Shown here: piece after piece, positions 19,288-28,909 of the stretch
Layout: each line of letters begins with the position of its first letter
Position numbering within the stretch: the first letter of the stretch is position 1
NCBI RefSeq assembly: GCF_014857065.1
Contig: NZ_CP046533.1
Span: forward strand, 30,001-62,000
Direction: 5' to 3'
Origin: Candidatus Saccharimonadota bacterium
Lineage (GTDB): Bacteria > Pseudomonadota > Gammaproteobacteria > Enterobacterales > Enterobacteriaceae
Length of the DNA stretch: 32,000 nucleotides
Translations under genes and position numbers: made by a program
The notes under the pieces: generated by a model
Databases searched by the model: none
What the model was told of the DNA's origin: nothing
Seen by the model: only the letters and a program-made list of their open reading frames with translations

Positions 19288-20022
19288 ATGAGTCTTGACG
19301 GTAAAATTGCATTAGTTAGCGGTGCTACTCGCGGTATAGGTCGTAGTATTGCAGAAATATTATCTGAACACGGAGCCACTGTTATAGGTACAGCTACTAC
19401 TAAACTAGGAGCAAAAGATATTAGTGTGTATTTAGGAAATAGTGGGAAAGGAATGGAGCTTGATGTAACTGATCAATCTTCAATAGATTCTCTTTTGAAA
19501 AGAATACATTTAGAATTTAATGGTGTTGACATTTTAATAAATAATGCTGGAATTATACGAGATAGTATTTTAATTAATATGCAAGAAGATATGTGGCAAA
19601 ATGTTTTGAATGCTAATCTTACATCAATATACCGTATGTCAAAATCTGTCATAAGATCAATGATTAAGAAACGATATGGTAGAATAATTACTATTGGTTC
19701 TGTTGTAGGTTCAATGGGTAATATTGGTCAAACAAATTATGCAGCAGCCAAAGCAGGATTAATTGGATTTAGTAAGTCACTTGCTCGCGAGGTTGCTGCG
19801 CGCGGTATTACAGTCAATGTGGTATCTCCTGGTTTTATCGAAACAGATATTACAATGATTATGACAAAAGAATATCGCAATAAAATCTTATCTAGAATTC
19901 CAATGAATAAATTTGGCACCACAAGAGATGTCGCTAATGTTGTTGCTTTTTTTGCATCAGATGAAGCGCGATATATCACTGGCGAAACTATTCATGTGAA
20001 CGGAGGGATGTATATGTTATAA
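19288..20022 (+). CDS. fabG: 3-oxoacyl-ACP reductase
   Basis: The 244-aa ORF is the same length as E. coli FabG. It has the SDR motifs GATRGIGR, NNAG and YAAAKAGLIGFSKSLAREVA, and ends GETIHVNGGMYML. Confidence 0.96.
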   Translation: MSLDGKIALVSGATRGIGRSIAEILSEHGATVIGTATTKLGAKDISVYLGNSGKGMELDVTDQSSIDSLLKRIHLEFNGVDILINNAGIIRDSILINMQEDMWQNVLNANLTSIYRMSKSVIRSMIKKRYGRIITIGSVVGSMGNIGQTNYAAAKAGLIGFSKSLAREVAARGITVNVVSPGFIETDITMIMTKEYRNKILSRIPMNKFGTTRDVANVVAFFASDEARYITGETIHVNGGMYML

Positions 20023-20171
20023 ATATAATAATAGCATTATGTTATGTATAATGAAAGCAGGATGCTAGCTTTCAATTATATTTTATTAAAATTAATAGTA
20101 GTATCATTATATTTTATTTGGTATTGTTATAAACAAAGAAGTCAGTGTTAAATATTTATAGGGATGATATA

Positions 20172-20408
20172 ATGAGTGATATTGAAGAAAGTGTTAAAAC
20201 AATTATTGCTGAACAATTAGGTGTAAAAAAAGAGGAAGTTGTAAATAATGCCTCTTTTGTTGAAGATCTTGGCGCCGATTCTCTTGATACTGTTGAATTA
20301 GTTATGGCATTAGAAGAAGAATTTGACACCGAAATTCCTGATGAAGAAGCTGAAAAAATTACTACTGTACAAGCAGCTATCGATTTTATTAGAACTCATC
20401 GAAAATGA
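20172..20408 (+). CDS. acpP: acyl carrier protein
   Basis: I trimmed the start from the track ORF (GTG at 20145) to the ATG at 20172, giving 78 aa, the length of E. coli ACP. The run [45 protein letters not shown] is identical to E. coli and includes the phosphopantetheine Ser in DSLD. Confidence 0.97.
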   Translation: MSDIEESVKTIIAEQLGVKKEEVVNNASFVEDLGADSLDTVELVMALEEEFDTEIPDEEAEKITTVQAAIDFIRTHRK

Positions 20409-20584
20409 ATTGAATATAAGTTATGTAATATTATATATTAATGCGAGTAAAATATCAGATATGTGCCCTTTTATATCTATGTTTCATAGCTTAGGTGTTA
20501 CTTGTTTATATGTATTTATATTCGATTTGATTTTTTTGAGAATTAATTTATAATAAATAATAGAATATTTTGTGATTATTTAAA

Positions 20585-21388
20585 ATGTATTGGATAAATG
20601 GTGTTTTTGGTAAGCGTTTATCATTGTTTAATCGTGCTGTTCAGTTTGGTGATGGATTTTTTACTACTGCTAAATTAAAAGATAATAAAATTTTATTATT
20701 AGATTGGCATATTGAAAGATTGATAATGTCAGCAAAGCGTCTATTATTTAATAATATAAATTGGTCTTTTTTGCTTAAGGAAATACAAACGGTAGCAGAT
20801 AGTAATACTGATGGTGTAATTAAAATAATAATTGCTAGAAATAATAGCATAAATAATTGTAATTACCCCAATAATGGTTCTTCTGTGAGAATTATTATTC
20901 ATGATAAAATGCCTGACTATTATGTATCTTGGTTGCAGGATGGTATAAAATTAGCTCTGAGTCCTATAAAATTAGTTAGAGATTCAGTTTTTTCTGGCAT
21001 TAAACATTTAAACAGAATAGAGCAATTTATGATTAATGCATATCGTGATAAAAATATTAGTGATGAGGTTCTGGTATTGGATACTGAAGATAATATAATA
21101 GAATGTTGTTATTCAAATATTTTTTGGCGACGAAATATGAAAGTTTTTACTCCAATGTTAACTCATGCAGGAATATTTGGAATTATGCGTCGTTTGATCA
21201 TGATATTATTACCTAAATTAGGGTATCAAATTAAGGAAATTATTACTGGAATTGAAGATATATATAGAGCAGATGAAGTTTTTATTACTAACTCTCTATT
21301 ACCTGTAGTTTCAGTAAATTCTATAGAGGAAAAAAAATTTTACGATAAAACTTTATTTAAGTTACTAAGTCTTCATAATTTTTATTGA
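20585..21388 (+). CDS. pabC: aminodeoxychorismate lyase (folate pathway)
   Basis: The 267-aa ORF is colinear with E. coli PabC (269 aa). Matching segments are RAVQFGDGFFTT, the PLP-Lys region SGIKHLNRIEQ, and NIFWRR. It occupies the conserved position downstream of the fab cluster. Confidence 0.85.
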   Translation: MYWINGVFGKRLSLFNRAVQFGDGFFTTAKLKDNKILLLDWHIERLIMSAKRLLFNNINWSFLLKEIQTVADSNTDGVIKIIIARNNSINNCNYPNNGSSVRIIIHDKMPDYYVSWLQDGIKLALSPIKLVRDSVFSGIKHLNRIEQFMINAYRDKNISDEVLVLDTEDNIIECCYSNIFWRRNMKVFTPMLTHAGIFGIMRRLIMILLPKLGYQIKEIITGIEDIYRADEVFITNSLLPVVSVNSIEEKKFYDKTLFKLLSLHNFY

Positions 21389-21688
21389 ATGTATTAGATT
21401 ATGTTTAAATATCATCAAGATTTATTATAGTTTGTATCGTGTTTTATTTTGAATTTTTATTGTGTTTTGTCAGTTTTTAATTCGTATTATTATCGATGAT
21501 GAGTCCATGTTCTTATGTTGGTAAATAGTAAAATTATGTTAATACATATCATATTTGTCTATATTTACTAATAAATTATGATTGCACAAGCTAATTATAC
21601 GGTAATTTATTAAAATCAATATTGCGTATAGAAATTATGTTTTGAAATTATTTTAGATAAGGTTAATCAAAGATAATGTTAAATCTTT

Positions 21689-22348
21689 ATGGCAGGTAAA
21701 TTTATTGTAATAGAAGGATTAGAAGGTTCAGGAAAAAGTAGCGCTATCAAACAAGTTGCTAAAACTTTAAGAAAATATGGAATATATAAATTTATTATTA
21801 CTCGCGATCCTGGTGGCACACCTTTATCTGAAAAATTACGAATTTTGATTAAAAAAGGAATTGATAACGAGGCAATAACGGATTATGCCGAATTGTTAAT
21901 GTTTTATACAGCGAGAATACAGTTGTTAGAAAATGTAATTAGGCCAGCATTATTAAGAAATATTTGGGTTATAGGAGATAGATATGACCTTTCTTCACAA
22001 ACTTATCAGGGTTGTGGAAGAAAATTAGATAAGATGTTATTACATATACTTAAGAATACAGTTCTTAAAAATTTTCAACCTGATTTAACTTTATATCTCG
22101 ATGTTTCTCCAATCATAGGTTTGTCTCGTATTCTTAAAAAAAGAAAGTTAGATCGTGTTGAATTAGAATCTTTAGATTTTTTTAATCGTGTTCGTTCATG
22201 TTATAAATTAATAGCAGCTAAAGATCATCGAATAATAACTATTGATGCAAATCAAGAATTACGAAACGTACACGATAGAATATTTTTTTATTTAAAACGA
22301 TGGTTAATAGATCAAGGAATGAAGAAATGCGATGGTATCCCTGGTTGA
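21689..22348 (+). CDS. tmk: thymidylate kinase
   Basis: The 219-aa ORF is colinear with E. coli Tmk (213 aa). It has the P-loop IVIEGLEGSGKSS, plus TRDPGGT and DRYDLSSQTYQG. Its 3' end overlaps holB by 22 nt. Confidence 0.93.
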   Translation: MAGKFIVIEGLEGSGKSSAIKQVAKTLRKYGIYKFIITRDPGGTPLSEKLRILIKKGIDNEAITDYAELLMFYTARIQLLENVIRPALLRNIWVIGDRYDLSSQTYQGCGRKLDKMLLHILKNTVLKNFQPDLTLYLDVSPIIGLSRILKKRKLDRVELESLDFFNRVRSCYKLIAAKDHRIITIDANQELRNVHDRIFFYLKRWLIDQGMKKCDGIPG

Positions 22349-23319
22349 CTGATTTGTATAAAAGAATTTTGTTATCTTATAAACAAGGTAAAGGTCATCA
22401 TGCATTACTATTACATAGTTGTAGAGGTAATGGTATTAGTGTATTAATATATGCTATTAGTCGCTGGTTGATTTGTAAAAATCCTAATAGTAATAAAAGT
22501 TGTCATACATGTCGAGATTGTACTTTAATGCAAATTAATAATCATCCGGATTATTATTGTCTTGCACCAACATCAAAATATTCTAGTATAGGCGTGGAAA
22601 ATATTAGAGAACTTGTTCATACTTTATATGAATGTGCGCATCGAAAAGGCGTTAAAGTTATATCATTAGCATACAGTGAATGTTTAACAGATCAGGCTGT
22701 TAATGCTTTATTAAAAATTATTGAAGAGCCTCCTATTGATACTTATTTTTTATTAGGGTGTTATAATTATGCACATTTATTACCTACTTTGAAGAGCAGA
22801 TGTTGCCATTGGTTTTTATCTCCTCCTTGTGAAGAACAAGGGTTAAATTGGTTACAAAAAAATAGAATCGTCAATATTTTACATGCATCTACTGCATTAC
22901 GTTTATGTAATGGCGCTCCATTAGCTGCACAAGATTTATTAAATTCAAAAGATTGGCAATTACGTCTTGATTTATGTAAATCTATGTTTAATGTTATAAC
23001 GAAACATAATTTTTTTAATTTGTTATCATTGTTTTGTGATCAAAATAATGATGATATTGTATGTTGGTTAATTAGTTTGTTGGTTGATGCTTTAAAATGG
23101 CAATTTAAGATGCAGGATTTGTTAATAAACGTAGATCAAACTAAATTAATTGCTTCTTTAGCTTGTAATTGGTCTTCGCAAATTTTAAATGGTCAATTAA
23201 AAAAATGGATACAATATAGACAGTGTTTGCATGATATGAGTGGCGTGAATAAAGAGTTGTTATTAGCGCATCAATTACTTAGTTGTGAACAACAAATTGA
23301 TAGTTTATATTTTAATTGA
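22327..23319 (+). CDS. holB: DNA polymerase III delta-prime subunit
   Basis: I placed the start at the ATG at 22327 rather than the longest ORF at 22300. MRWYPWL is identical to the E. coli HolB N-terminus, and the SD AAGGA at 22313-22317 precedes it. It has GHHALLL, a zinc-module-like CHTCRDC, HPDYY, LLKIIEEPP and LKSRC. Confidence 0.9.
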   Translation: MRWYPWLTDLYKRILLSYKQGKGHHALLLHSCRGNGISVLIYAISRWLICKNPNSNKSCHTCRDCTLMQINNHPDYYCLAPTSKYSSIGVENIRELVHTLYECAHRKGVKVISLAYSECLTDQAVNALLKIIEEPPIDTYFLLGCYNYAHLLPTLKSRCCHWFLSPPCEEQGLNWLQKNRIVNILHASTALRLCNGAPLAAQDLLNSKDWQLRLDLCKSMFNVITKHNFFNLLSLFCDQNNDDIVCWLISLLVDALKWQFKMQDLLINVDQTKLIASLACNWSSQILNGQLKKWIQYRQCLHDMSGVNKELLLAHQLLSCEQQIDSLYFN

Positions 23320-23338
23320 ATTTCTAGGGGATAGGTTT

Positions 23339-24118
23339 ATGTTTTTGGTTGATTCTCATTGTCATTTGGATAAATTAAATTATAAATCTTTGCATAAAGA
23401 TGTAGTGGATGTTTTAAATAAGGCTAATCTTAAAAATGTAAAGTTAATTTTGGCAGTTGCTACTACTTTAGAGGATTTTTATAAAACTCGTGTAATGGTT
23501 AGTTCTTATGATAATGTTTTATTATCTTGTGGAATTCATCCATTAAATTTTAATAATTTTCAAGATCTTATTGACCTTAATAATTTAGCTATAGATGAAG
23601 ATATTATAGCAATTGGTGAAACTGGGTTAGATTATTATCATAATACTAAAGATAATAAGGAGGAACAAAAAGAAGCATTTCGTCAACATATACGAATTGC
23701 TCGTAAATATCAGAAACCGTTGATAGTACATACTCGTAATTCTAGTCAAGATGTTATAGATATTTTTTTGCATGAGGAAAAATTAGGCAATTGTAGTGGT
23801 GTTATTCATTGTTTTAATGAAAGCAAAGATGTTTTAAAATTGTTTTTAGATATTGGTTTTTATATTTCTTTTTCTGGAATTATTACTTTTAATTTATCTA
23901 AATCTCTTCGTGATGTTATACATTATATTCCTTTAGATTATTTATTAGTAGAAACTGATTCTCCATATTTAACTCCTGCACCTTACCGCGGCCAAGAAAA
24001 TCAGCCGTCTTATACATATTATGTGGCTAATTGTTTAGCAAAGTTGAAAAACATGTCGTTAGAAAAGTTATCGTATATTACGACCGAAAATTTTTATAGA
24101 TTATTTCAGATAAGATAG
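23339..24118 (+). CDS. ycfH: TatD-family metal-dependent hydrolase YcfH
   Basis: I placed the start at the ATG at 23339 rather than the track GTG at 23285. MFLVDSHCHLD is identical to the E. coli YcfH N-terminus. It has GETGLDYY, PLIVHTR, FYISFSGIITF and LLVETDSPYL. It occupies the conserved position after holB. Confidence 0.92.
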   Translation: MFLVDSHCHLDKLNYKSLHKDVVDVLNKANLKNVKLILAVATTLEDFYKTRVMVSSYDNVLLSCGIHPLNFNNFQDLIDLNNLAIDEDIIAIGETGLDYYHNTKDNKEEQKEAFRQHIRIARKYQKPLIVHTRNSSQDVIDIFLHEEKLGNCSGVIHCFNESKDVLKLFLDIGFYISFSGIITFNLSKSLRDVIHYIPLDYLLVETDSPYLTPAPYRGQENQPSYTYYVANCLAKLKNMSLEKLSYITTENFYRLFQIR

Positions 24119-24384
24119 ATTTTTGTTTTAATTATTATAGTTTAATAATTACATAGAGTTAAATTTTAATATATAATATGTATTGTGTGTTATAGTTATC
24201 ATGATTATCATTATTTATATAATGAAGCAGCTGTTATTTAATTTTCTATAAGTTTGTAACATCCTGTGTAAATTATATTATCATTTTATATATGTACAAC
24301 TATTTATTTTTTAATTTGCTTATTTTATATTTTCTATTTCATTTAGATATGTTGGCCGTTTATTTTAAATAAAAATTTACAATT

Positions 24385-24738
24385 ATGAACAACGATACGA
24401 TTTTTGATAAAATTATTCAACATAAAATTACAGCTGATATTTTGTATCAGGATAAATTTATTACCGCATTTCACGATATTCATCCTAAAGCACCTGTTCA
24501 CGTGCTTATCGTGCCTAATATATCAATTCCTACCGTTAATGATGTGAAAATACATCAGGAATTTATTTTAGGTAAATTATTTACCGTTGCTGCAAAAATA
24601 GCTAAAAAAAATGGTATTCATGAAAGTGGATATCGATTAATTGTTAATTGCAATCACCATGCTGGTCAAGAAATTTTTTATTTTCATATGCATCTTTTAG
24701 GGGGTAGATTTTTAGGACCTTTAATTGTTCCTGTGTAG
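24385..24738 (+). CDS. hinT: HIT-family purine nucleoside phosphoramidase
   Basis: The 117-aa ORF is colinear with E. coli HinT (119 aa). It has the histidine-triad HMHLLGG and P.APVH.LI.PN. Confidence 0.9.
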   Translation: MNNDTIFDKIIQHKITADILYQDKFITAFHDIHPKAPVHVLIVPNISIPTVNDVKIHQEFILGKLFTVAAKIAKKNGIHESGYRLIVNCNHHAGQEIFYFHMHLLGGRFLGPLIVPV

Positions 24739-24784
24739 TAATTAATTTTAGATTTATAATATATTTTTGAAATTTAGGTTTTGA

Positions 24785-25369
24785 ATGTTAGTTAAAATTA
24801 AATTGTTGTTTTTTATCGTGATTAATTTATTTTTTACTTCTTTTAGTAATTTGTTTTTTCAGAATTCTTTATCTATTGTTAAAGTTCATAATCAGTTGTT
24901 TGATTATGTATCTACATTTACAACAAATGCGCTTAATATTATTCCAATTTTACCCAAAATTAAGTCTTCTGATTGGGAGTATATTTTGTTACCTATAATT
25001 AAACAAATGTTTTTTGTCAATGACCTTGAACATAATAGTTTAGTGTTAATAAAAGACATAAAAAATATCGCTAATGGTGATTTACAAAGTAATGAAATTA
25101 CAACTGCCTTGATACGTATTGTTACAAAAAGTGGTAAATTTCATGTGATAGAAAAAAATAAATTAAATGAGGCGTATATAACATTAGGATTGTCACTGGA
25201 AGATAGTTTGGAACATTGTAGTAAAGATTTAGGATTAGGAAGATATTTAAAGGCTAAATACTTATTATATGGAGTTTTAACAGGAGATGCGAGGCAACCG
25301 TTTTTAGAATTACAATTGATTTTAGTAAAAACTGGAGAAATTTTATGGTGTTATAAAGAACACATTTAG
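24785..25369 (+). CDS. lpoB: LpoB (YcfM) homologue, PBP1B-activator family, lacking a lipobox cysteine
   Basis: The C-terminal roughly 130 aa align without gaps to the E. coli LpoB globular domain. SDWEYILLPIIKQM aligns with YDWNGAMQPMVSKML, GKFHVIEKNKL with GKFTLVSAQQL, LGLSLEDSL with LGLSPQDSL, and LQLILVKTGEILW with MQLMLVQTGEIIW. It lies downstream of hinT, as lpoB does in E. coli. An in-frame TGA at 24782-24784 immediately precedes the ATG. Confidence 0.78.
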   Translation: MLVKIKLLFFIVINLFFTSFSNLFFQNSLSIVKVHNQLFDYVSTFTTNALNIIPILPKIKSSDWEYILLPIIKQMFFVNDLEHNSLVLIKDIKNIANGDLQSNEITTALIRIVTKSGKFHVIEKNKLNEAYITLGLSLEDSLEHCSKDLGLGRYLKAKYLLYGVLTGDARQPFLELQLILVKTGEILWCYKEHI

Positions 25370-25467
25370 TGCGATAGAATTAGTTATGAAATTCTAGTAT
25401 TTGAGTTGATGGTTCATTTTTATGGATATTTGAATTTTTAGAATAAATAATTGAAATTTACACCAAA

Positions 25468-26676
25468 ATGTATATATATATTACATTATATATAGCGATG
25501 CGTTATGTATTTAGAGTAACAAAAAAGCTTTTTAATTGTTTTGTTTTTTGGTTTTCTGGTATTGTTATAGCCATTGGTTTAAGCGCCTTAATAATAGTAT
25601 TATCAGTGATGAATGGATTTGAGCATGAATTAGAAAATGCTGTCCTTAAATTCCTACCTCAAGTATTAATAACTAATGTAGAAAGAAAAATAAATCTTAA
25701 AGACGAAATTCCAATATCGTTATTACATTCATTACAGGATGATGTGCAAGTAACATCTTTGACGATGGATAATGTAATATTACATGGGTTTAATGGTTTA
25801 GCAGTCGGTTTGATGTTGGGAATAAATCCGAATAATTTTGAGCCTCTAGCTCCTTATTTACTAAATACTTCTTTAGACCAATTGGTTCCAGGTAAATATC
25901 AGATAATTCTAGGCAAGCAATTAGCCGAACAACTTGGTGTAAGTAAAGGAGATTATATTAGATTGATTATTCCTAATGTAAATTATTTAACTATAATAGG
26001 AAATATTTTTGGTCAACGTTTATTTAAAGTATTGGGTGTTTTTGATGCCAATAGCGAAGTAAACTATTATCAGTTATTGATACATCAACAGGATGCTTCA
26101 AGATTAATGCATTATCCAGAAGGATATGTTACTGGATGGAGGTTATTTTTTAAACGACCACTTTTAATTTATGATTTCAAAAAACAAAATTTACCTAATA
26201 AGTTAATATGGGAAGATTGGCGAATTTATAAAGGAAACTTATTCCAAGCAGTATGTTTAGAAAAAAATATGATGAGTTTATTACTATTTTTGATTATTAT
26301 AGTTGCTATATTTAATATTATCACATCTCTTAGCATTTTAATTATGGAAAAAAAAATAGACATTGCAATCTTACAAGTGCAAGGTTTGAAACGCTATCAG
26401 GTTCTGTATATATTTATTTTTTATGGCATGGCAGCTATTTTTTTTGGTTCTATTTTAGGCGTAAATTTTGGAATATTTTTAGTTAAAAACTTAAATTTGA
26501 TTTTATGCTATTGCAATATGTTAGAGCCTGATTTTCAGATACCAGTTTTTATTGAACCAATTCAAATATTTGTTATCGTCCTTCTTAATGTTATTTTGTC
26601 ATTTTTAGTAATACTTTATTTTTCTAAACGTACTATATCTATTTATCCTGCAAAAATTTTGTCTCATGTTAAATAA
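25468..26676 (+). CDS. lolC: lipoprotein-release ABC transporter permease LolC
   Basis: The 402-aa ORF is colinear with E. coli LolC (399 aa). Matching segments are LSVMNGFEHELE, GKYQIILGKQLAEQLGV, and LFQAVCLEKNMMSLLL. Confidence 0.92.
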   Translation: MYIYITLYIAMRYVFRVTKKLFNCFVFWFSGIVIAIGLSALIIVLSVMNGFEHELENAVLKFLPQVLITNVERKINLKDEIPISLLHSLQDDVQVTSLTMDNVILHGFNGLAVGLMLGINPNNFEPLAPYLLNTSLDQLVPGKYQIILGKQLAEQLGVSKGDYIRLIIPNVNYLTIIGNIFGQRLFKVLGVFDANSEVNYYQLLIHQQDASRLMHYPEGYVTGWRLFFKRPLLIYDFKKQNLPNKLIWEDWRIYKGNLFQAVCLEKNMMSLLLFLIIIVAIFNIITSLSILIMEKKIDIAILQVQGLKRYQVLYIFIFYGMAAIFFGSILGVNFGIFLVKNLNLILCYCNMLEPDFQIPVFIEPIQIFVIVLLNVILSFLVILYFSKRTISIYPAKILSHVK

Positions 26677-27364
26677 TTATTTATTATCTTGTTCTAATAT
26701 TAATAAATCTTATAAAGATGGAAAACGTGATATTAATATACTAAATAATGTTAATTTTTCTTTACAATTAGGTGAAATTGTATCTATCGTAGGGAGTTCT
26801 GGCTCAGGGAAAACAACTTTGTTAAATTTGTTAGGAGGATTAGATTATCCTAATTCAGGTGAAGTATTTTTTGAAGGAAAATCTTTATATAAATTATCTT
26901 CTAATGCACGTGCTATAATACGTAATAATCGTTTAGGTTTCATTTATCAGTTTCATTATTTGTTATCTGATTTTAATGTAATAGAAAACGTAGCCATGCC
27001 ATTAATGATTGGTGGAATGAAAGTGAAAGAAGCAAAGAACAGAGCGCAAGCAATGTTAAAATCTGTAAATTTAGCAGAAAATATCTATCGTCGTCGTCCT
27101 TTTAAACTTTCTGGCGGAGAACGACAAAGAGTATCTATAGCGCGCGCTTTAATAAAGCATCCCTCTTTAATTTTAGCCGATGAACCTACTGGTAATTTAG
27201 ATGAAATTAATACGGAAAATATTTTTAAATTATTAAAAAAATTTAATAAATCTCATAGCATTGCTTTTTTGATAGCAACTCATGATATTAAGTTGGCGAA
27301 ACGTACACATCGTCAATTGAAAATTTGTGACGGCCATTTAATTTTTGATAATATATTCGATTAA
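26666..27364 (+). CDS. lolD: lipoprotein-release ABC transporter ATPase LolD
   Basis: The 232-aa ORF is colinear with E. coli LolD (233 aa). It has Walker A GSSGSGKTT, the signature LSGGERQR, Walker B LILADEPTG, and the LolD-typical GFIYQFHYLL. It overlaps the lolC stop by 11 nt. Confidence 0.94.
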   Translation: MLNNYLLSCSNINKSYKDGKRDINILNNVNFSLQLGEIVSIVGSSGSGKTTLLNLLGGLDYPNSGEVFFEGKSLYKLSSNARAIIRNNRLGFIYQFHYLLSDFNVIENVAMPLMIGGMKVKEAKNRAQAMLKSVNLAENIYRRRPFKLSGGERQRVSIARALIKHPSLILADEPTGNLDEINTENIFKLLKKFNKSHSIAFLIATHDIKLAKRTHRQLKICDGHLIFDNIFD

Positions 27365-27375
27365 GTTAAATTAGT

Positions 27376-28620
27376 ATGTATGTGTTTTTCTTATCTTTAC
27401 GACTTGCTATTGGATTGTATAGAGGACAAAGTCGTAACAATATAGTATCGTTAATTTATATTTTTTCTGTTATTGGAATTGCTCTTGGCGTTGCTGTATT
27501 AATTATAGGTCTTAGTGCAATGAATGGATTTCAATATCAATTAGAACATCGTATTTTAGCAATGATACCTCATGTTGAAATTGAATCAACTAATACAAAT
27601 TTTGTTGACTGGCAGCTTATTTCTGATCGTATAAAGAAAATTCCAGACATTACTTCTATTATGCCGTATGTATATTTTACGGGACTTATAGGATATAAAA
27701 ATAAATTACATTTAGTACATATAAAAGGTATAGATTCATTTAAAATATTAGAGATACCAGCTGTAAAAGATGCGATAAATAAAAATGTTTGGCCATTATT
27801 TAAAAATGGTTATCAGCAAATCCTTTTGGGAAAAGGCATTGCCGATATTTTAAAAGTACAGCAAGGAGATTGGGTTACTATTATTTTACCTAATATTTAT
27901 AAATATAGTAAATTTATATCATCAAGAACTATTTCTTTAAAGGTCATAGGAATTTTACCTTTAGACAGTCAATTGGATCAGAATTTTGCTTTAATACCAT
28001 TAAAGGATGCTGTCTTTTATTTTGATCAACAATACAGGGTGGAAGGGATAGCTATTAGGGCAAGTAATATTTTTCAGATTGATGAATTAATATTTAAAAT
28101 TAAGACTATTATTAATACTAACAAGATGTCTATTAATAGTTGGATGCATAAATACGGTCATGTTTATAAAGATATTCAAATTGTTCGTACTATTATATAT
28201 TTATCTATGGTTTTAATAATATTAATTTCTTCTGTGGGTATAGCTGTAATCTTAATGGTATCTGTAAAGGAGAAAAGTAATGAAATTGCAATATTGAAAT
28301 GCCTTGGAGCCAGAGGATTATTGATTCAGTTTGTTTTTATTTGGTGTGGTTTATTTATAGGTTTGTTTGGTTCAGTTGTAGGAATGTGTTTTGGAATTTT
28401 GATATCCTATAACTTAACAGAATTAGGTAATAAATTACAATACTTTGTTGGCCATAAGTTATTACCTGGTGATATTTATTTTATTGATTTTTTACCTAGT
28501 GTTTTATTATTAAGTGATATTAAGCAAATTATTGTAATTGAATTATTATTCAGTTTATTTATGAGTTGGTATCCAGCATTGTATGCAAGTCGTATTGAAC
28601 CAGTTAAAATTTTAAAATAG
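27376..28620 (+). CDS. lolE: lipoprotein-release ABC transporter permease LolE
   Basis: The 414-aa ORF is the same length as E. coli LolE. Matching segments are VIGIALGVAVLIIGLSAMNGF, GKGIADILKVQQGDWV, and DIYFIDFLPS. Confidence 0.93.
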   Translation: MYVFFLSLRLAIGLYRGQSRNNIVSLIYIFSVIGIALGVAVLIIGLSAMNGFQYQLEHRILAMIPHVEIESTNTNFVDWQLISDRIKKIPDITSIMPYVYFTGLIGYKNKLHLVHIKGIDSFKILEIPAVKDAINKNVWPLFKNGYQQILLGKGIADILKVQQGDWVTIILPNIYKYSKFISSRTISLKVIGILPLDSQLDQNFALIPLKDAVFYFDQQYRVEGIAIRASNIFQIDELIFKIKTIINTNKMSINSWMHKYGHVYKDIQIVRTIIYLSMVLIILISSVGIAVILMVSVKEKSNEIAILKCLGARGLLIQFVFIWCGLFIGLFGSVVGMCFGILISYNLTELGNKLQYFVGHKLLPGDIYFIDFLPSVLLLSDIKQIIVIELLFSLFMSWYPALYASRIEPVKILK

Positions 28621-28909
28621 ATTCCTTATAATCAGTAAAACATTTATGTAGAACAAGATTATTCTTTTATTAGTTAAAAGTTTATTGTAACAATTTTTTA
28701 AGAACTGATTTTAGAAATTTCGTTTGTAATAAAAATTAAATTGTTATATTTGAATAATTTATTTAAAATTGTTTTGTTATAAATAATGAGATTTATACTT
28801 TAATAATTTGATTTTTCGTTTGCGTATAATTTTTGATAAAGATATCATGAAAATATTACTATTTCCTAATCTAATAATGTATAAAAATTAATTTTGGTTG
28901 TAAGATTAT

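Noticed and set aside
20052-20074. Small hairpin TGAAAGC-(9 nt)-GCTTTCA followed by ATTATATTTTATT between fabG and acpP, a possible attenuator or terminator
   Set aside because: The stem is only 7 bp with two G-C pairs. The U-tract is interrupted, and competing folds exist. It is too weak to call a rho-independent terminator. I saw no convincing intrinsic terminator anywhere in the window.
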